A stretch of DNA of 64,000 nt from contig JAQGDQ010000576.1 in NCBI GenBank assembly GCA_030141605.1, positions 62,001-126,000 on the forward strand. The letters are read 5' to 3'. Within the stretch, counting starts at the first letter, position 1; each line of letters opens with the position of its first letter. Origin of the DNA: Tubiluchus corallicola. Its lineage: Eukaryota; Animalia; Priapulida. The translations under genes and the position numbers were made by a program. A model generated the notes under the pieces. It did not search any database, had not been told where the DNA came from, and was given only the letters and a program-made list of their open reading frames with translations. This document shows positions 62,115-64,000 of the stretch, one piece after another.

Positions 62115-62758
62115 AACTGTCAGATAGTTTGCAATAACTTGCTGACAGTAACGCACAAAGGCGTACACACTAGACAACAAAACAACTCGCAGTAACTATC
62201 AGAGAGTTTGCAATAACTTGCCGACAGTAACTCGCAGAGGCGTACACACTAGACAACAAAACAACTCGCAGTAACTATCAGAGAGTTTGCAATAACTTGC
62301 CGACAGTAACTCGCAGAGGCGTACACACTAGACAACAAAACAACTCGCAGTAACTATCAGAGAGTTTGCAATAACTTGCTGACAGTAACTCGCAGAGGCC
62401 TTTACACTAGACAACAAAACAACTCGCAGTAACTGTCAGAGAGTTTGCAATAACTTGAAGACAGTAACTTGCAGAGACGTACACACTAGACAACAAAACA
62501 ACTCGCAGTAACTGTCAGAGAGTTTGCAATAACTAGCGGACAGTAACTCGCAGAGACGTACACACTAGACAACAAAACAACTCGCAGTAACTGTCAGAGA
62601 GTTTGCAATAACTTGCCCACAGTAACTCGCAGAGACGTACACACTAGACTACAAAACAACTCGCAGTAACTCTCAGAGAGTTTGCAATAACTTGCCCACA
62701 GTAACTCGCAAAGCAGTTCACACTGTCAGAGGAAAAACTCGCTAGTCTGAACGAGCCT
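62115..62758. repeat. 79-bp tandem array (~7.5 units) ending in a MITE terminus
   Basis: Period 79 (62194->62273); ends AAAACTCGCTAGTCTGAACGAGC as at 56330-56352. Confidence 0.9.
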
Positions 62759-62985
62759 TTACGAATATCATAATTCTATTCTGTGACCACGAGTGAGTTT
62801 CAACAATTTCCCAAATCGTATCGTAATATGAGCAATGTGAAAAGTATTGTGGATTATTATACATTTTTTTAGTTTATGTTGCACGATCAATGTTTACATT
62901 TTAGATTTTAAAAGTGAAGACATTAAATATTTGTTAATTATCATTTCTGTTCACATAGTGAATTTCAAACATGTTACTACGTTAC

Positions 62986-63136
62986 TGTTCGCTTGCTTGT
63001 GGTCGACTGTGAATCTCCTGTGTATCTGAGATAAATGAAGTTTCTTCCACCAGGTTTGCTGAACTGGCTTCATTTTTCGTCACTCCTAACGCCACCTGTT
63101 GATTACTTTCGGCAGGTGAGCGTAACGAAGGCGCTT
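62986..63136 (-). CDS. SLC13: SLC13 paralog B exon 5 (loop; APSLRSPAES...QASEQ)
   Basis: ttttatttcag / CA|gtaacg, 151 nt, phase 1->2, weak similarity to A exon 5. Confidence 0.75.
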
Positions 63137-63648
63137 CTGAAATAAAACAGCAAAATGAACTTTGAAAAGAGCCCAGTTAAAATATCAACTGAAAGTAAGT
63201 GGGTTATTTGTTTCTTGCTTGTTTGTTTGTCTGTTGTTCTCTTCGCTTCATTGTTTTAGTTGTGTAGTTCCTTTTTCTTCTTTCCTGTCTATTTTTCTTT
63301 TTTTATTAATTCACTTAGGAGAAGAATAAGAAAGGCTAACAAGGAAAAAACTAAGTGGATTAATAAAAAAAGAAAAAATAGACAAGAAAGAAGAAAAATC
63401 CTCTTCGTCCTTCCTCCTCTTTCGACTGTGCGGCCGCCTCTTTCTCCATCGTCTCTCTTTTTTCCTTTCTCTGCCTATCCGATCACTCTTTCATTCATTC
63501 ATTTTTTCCTTCGCCTTTTGTTTTTCATCCCATCTTCCTTCTTCATCTTACTCCTTCTTTCTCTTTATGCCTTTGCGATTACTATTTCCTCACTTTTTGA
63601 CTTGCTTAGTCTCTTTTTTGTTGCTTCTTAGACCTGTTCCTCATCACC

Positions 63649-64000
63649 TGTGAAAGTCATGTTTGAAGTTGTTGATCACTCACTTTGTTATGATTGAGTT
63701 TAGGCACAGAAGTATGAACAAGAATAAAAAATCTGTAATACGTATTTGCACTGCAGACAACAGAAAAGTGTTTATTAAAACTACAGACACATGAGTATCA
63801 TGACTGCTGCACTGAACACTGAGAGTGAGAGAGTCTCCTGCACTGAACACTGAGAGTGAGAGTCTCCTGCACTGAACACTGAGAGTGAGAGTGTGAGAGT
63901 CTCCTGCACTGAACACTGAGAGTGAGAGAGTGAGAGTCTCCTGCGCTAAACACTGAGAGTGAGAGAGTGAGAGTCTCCTGCACTGAACACTGAGAGTTAG
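63649..64000 (-). mobile_element. LTR family 1 copy (reverse orientation) with expanded minisatellite, runs off right edge
   Basis: Reverse complement of the family-1 3' end plus at least 6 repeat units. Confidence 0.85.

Larger units (their letters stand above)
47969..63136 (-). other. SLC13: SLC13/Indy-family transporter gene, paralog B, exons 5-15 (exons 1-4 beyond right edge)
   Basis: 11 in-frame GT-AG exons; exons 7-14 have exactly the same lengths as in paralog A. Confidence 0.92.

Noticed and set aside
17640-63136. Paralogs A and B as uncollapsed haplotypes
   Set aside because: Most introns are unalignable and several exons differ by ~18% or more, far beyond allelic variation.
63260-63631. 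Hydrophobic/basic 123-aa ORF
   Set aside because: Low-complexity pyrimidine/purine tracts in SLC13-B intron 4.

Overview
AT-rich, intron- and repeat-dense animal (probably invertebrate) genomic DNA; none of the long ORFs in the track is a real prokaryote-style gene. Three spliced genes, all on the minus strand, can be assembled by hand with GT-AG sites and consistent intron phases: (1) the 5' six coding exons of a UFSP2-like gene (14488->3818, continuing off the left edge) with an extra ~150-aa N-terminal MPN/ODR-4-like segment; (2) a complete 15-exon, 644-aa SLC13/Indy-family Na+-carboxylate cotransporter (paralog A, 43357->17640); (3) exons 5-15 of a tandem SLC13 paralog B (63136->47969, 5' end off the right edge). 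Most notable: intact paralog A has non-canonical residues in all three Na+/substrate-binding motifs (SNT->CNM, TGTxPN->YGTFPN, SN[T/V]->SNP), while other exons and adjacent introns are nearly identical to paralog B, consistent with patchy gene conversion around a diverging binding site. Introns carry solo LTRs with 5-bp TSDs (one family growing a minisatellite inside the LTR), a 5S-rRNA-derived SINE, RTE and CR1/L2-type LINE fragments, many MITEs and several tandem arrays. All family assignments are from recall of motifs, not database searches.
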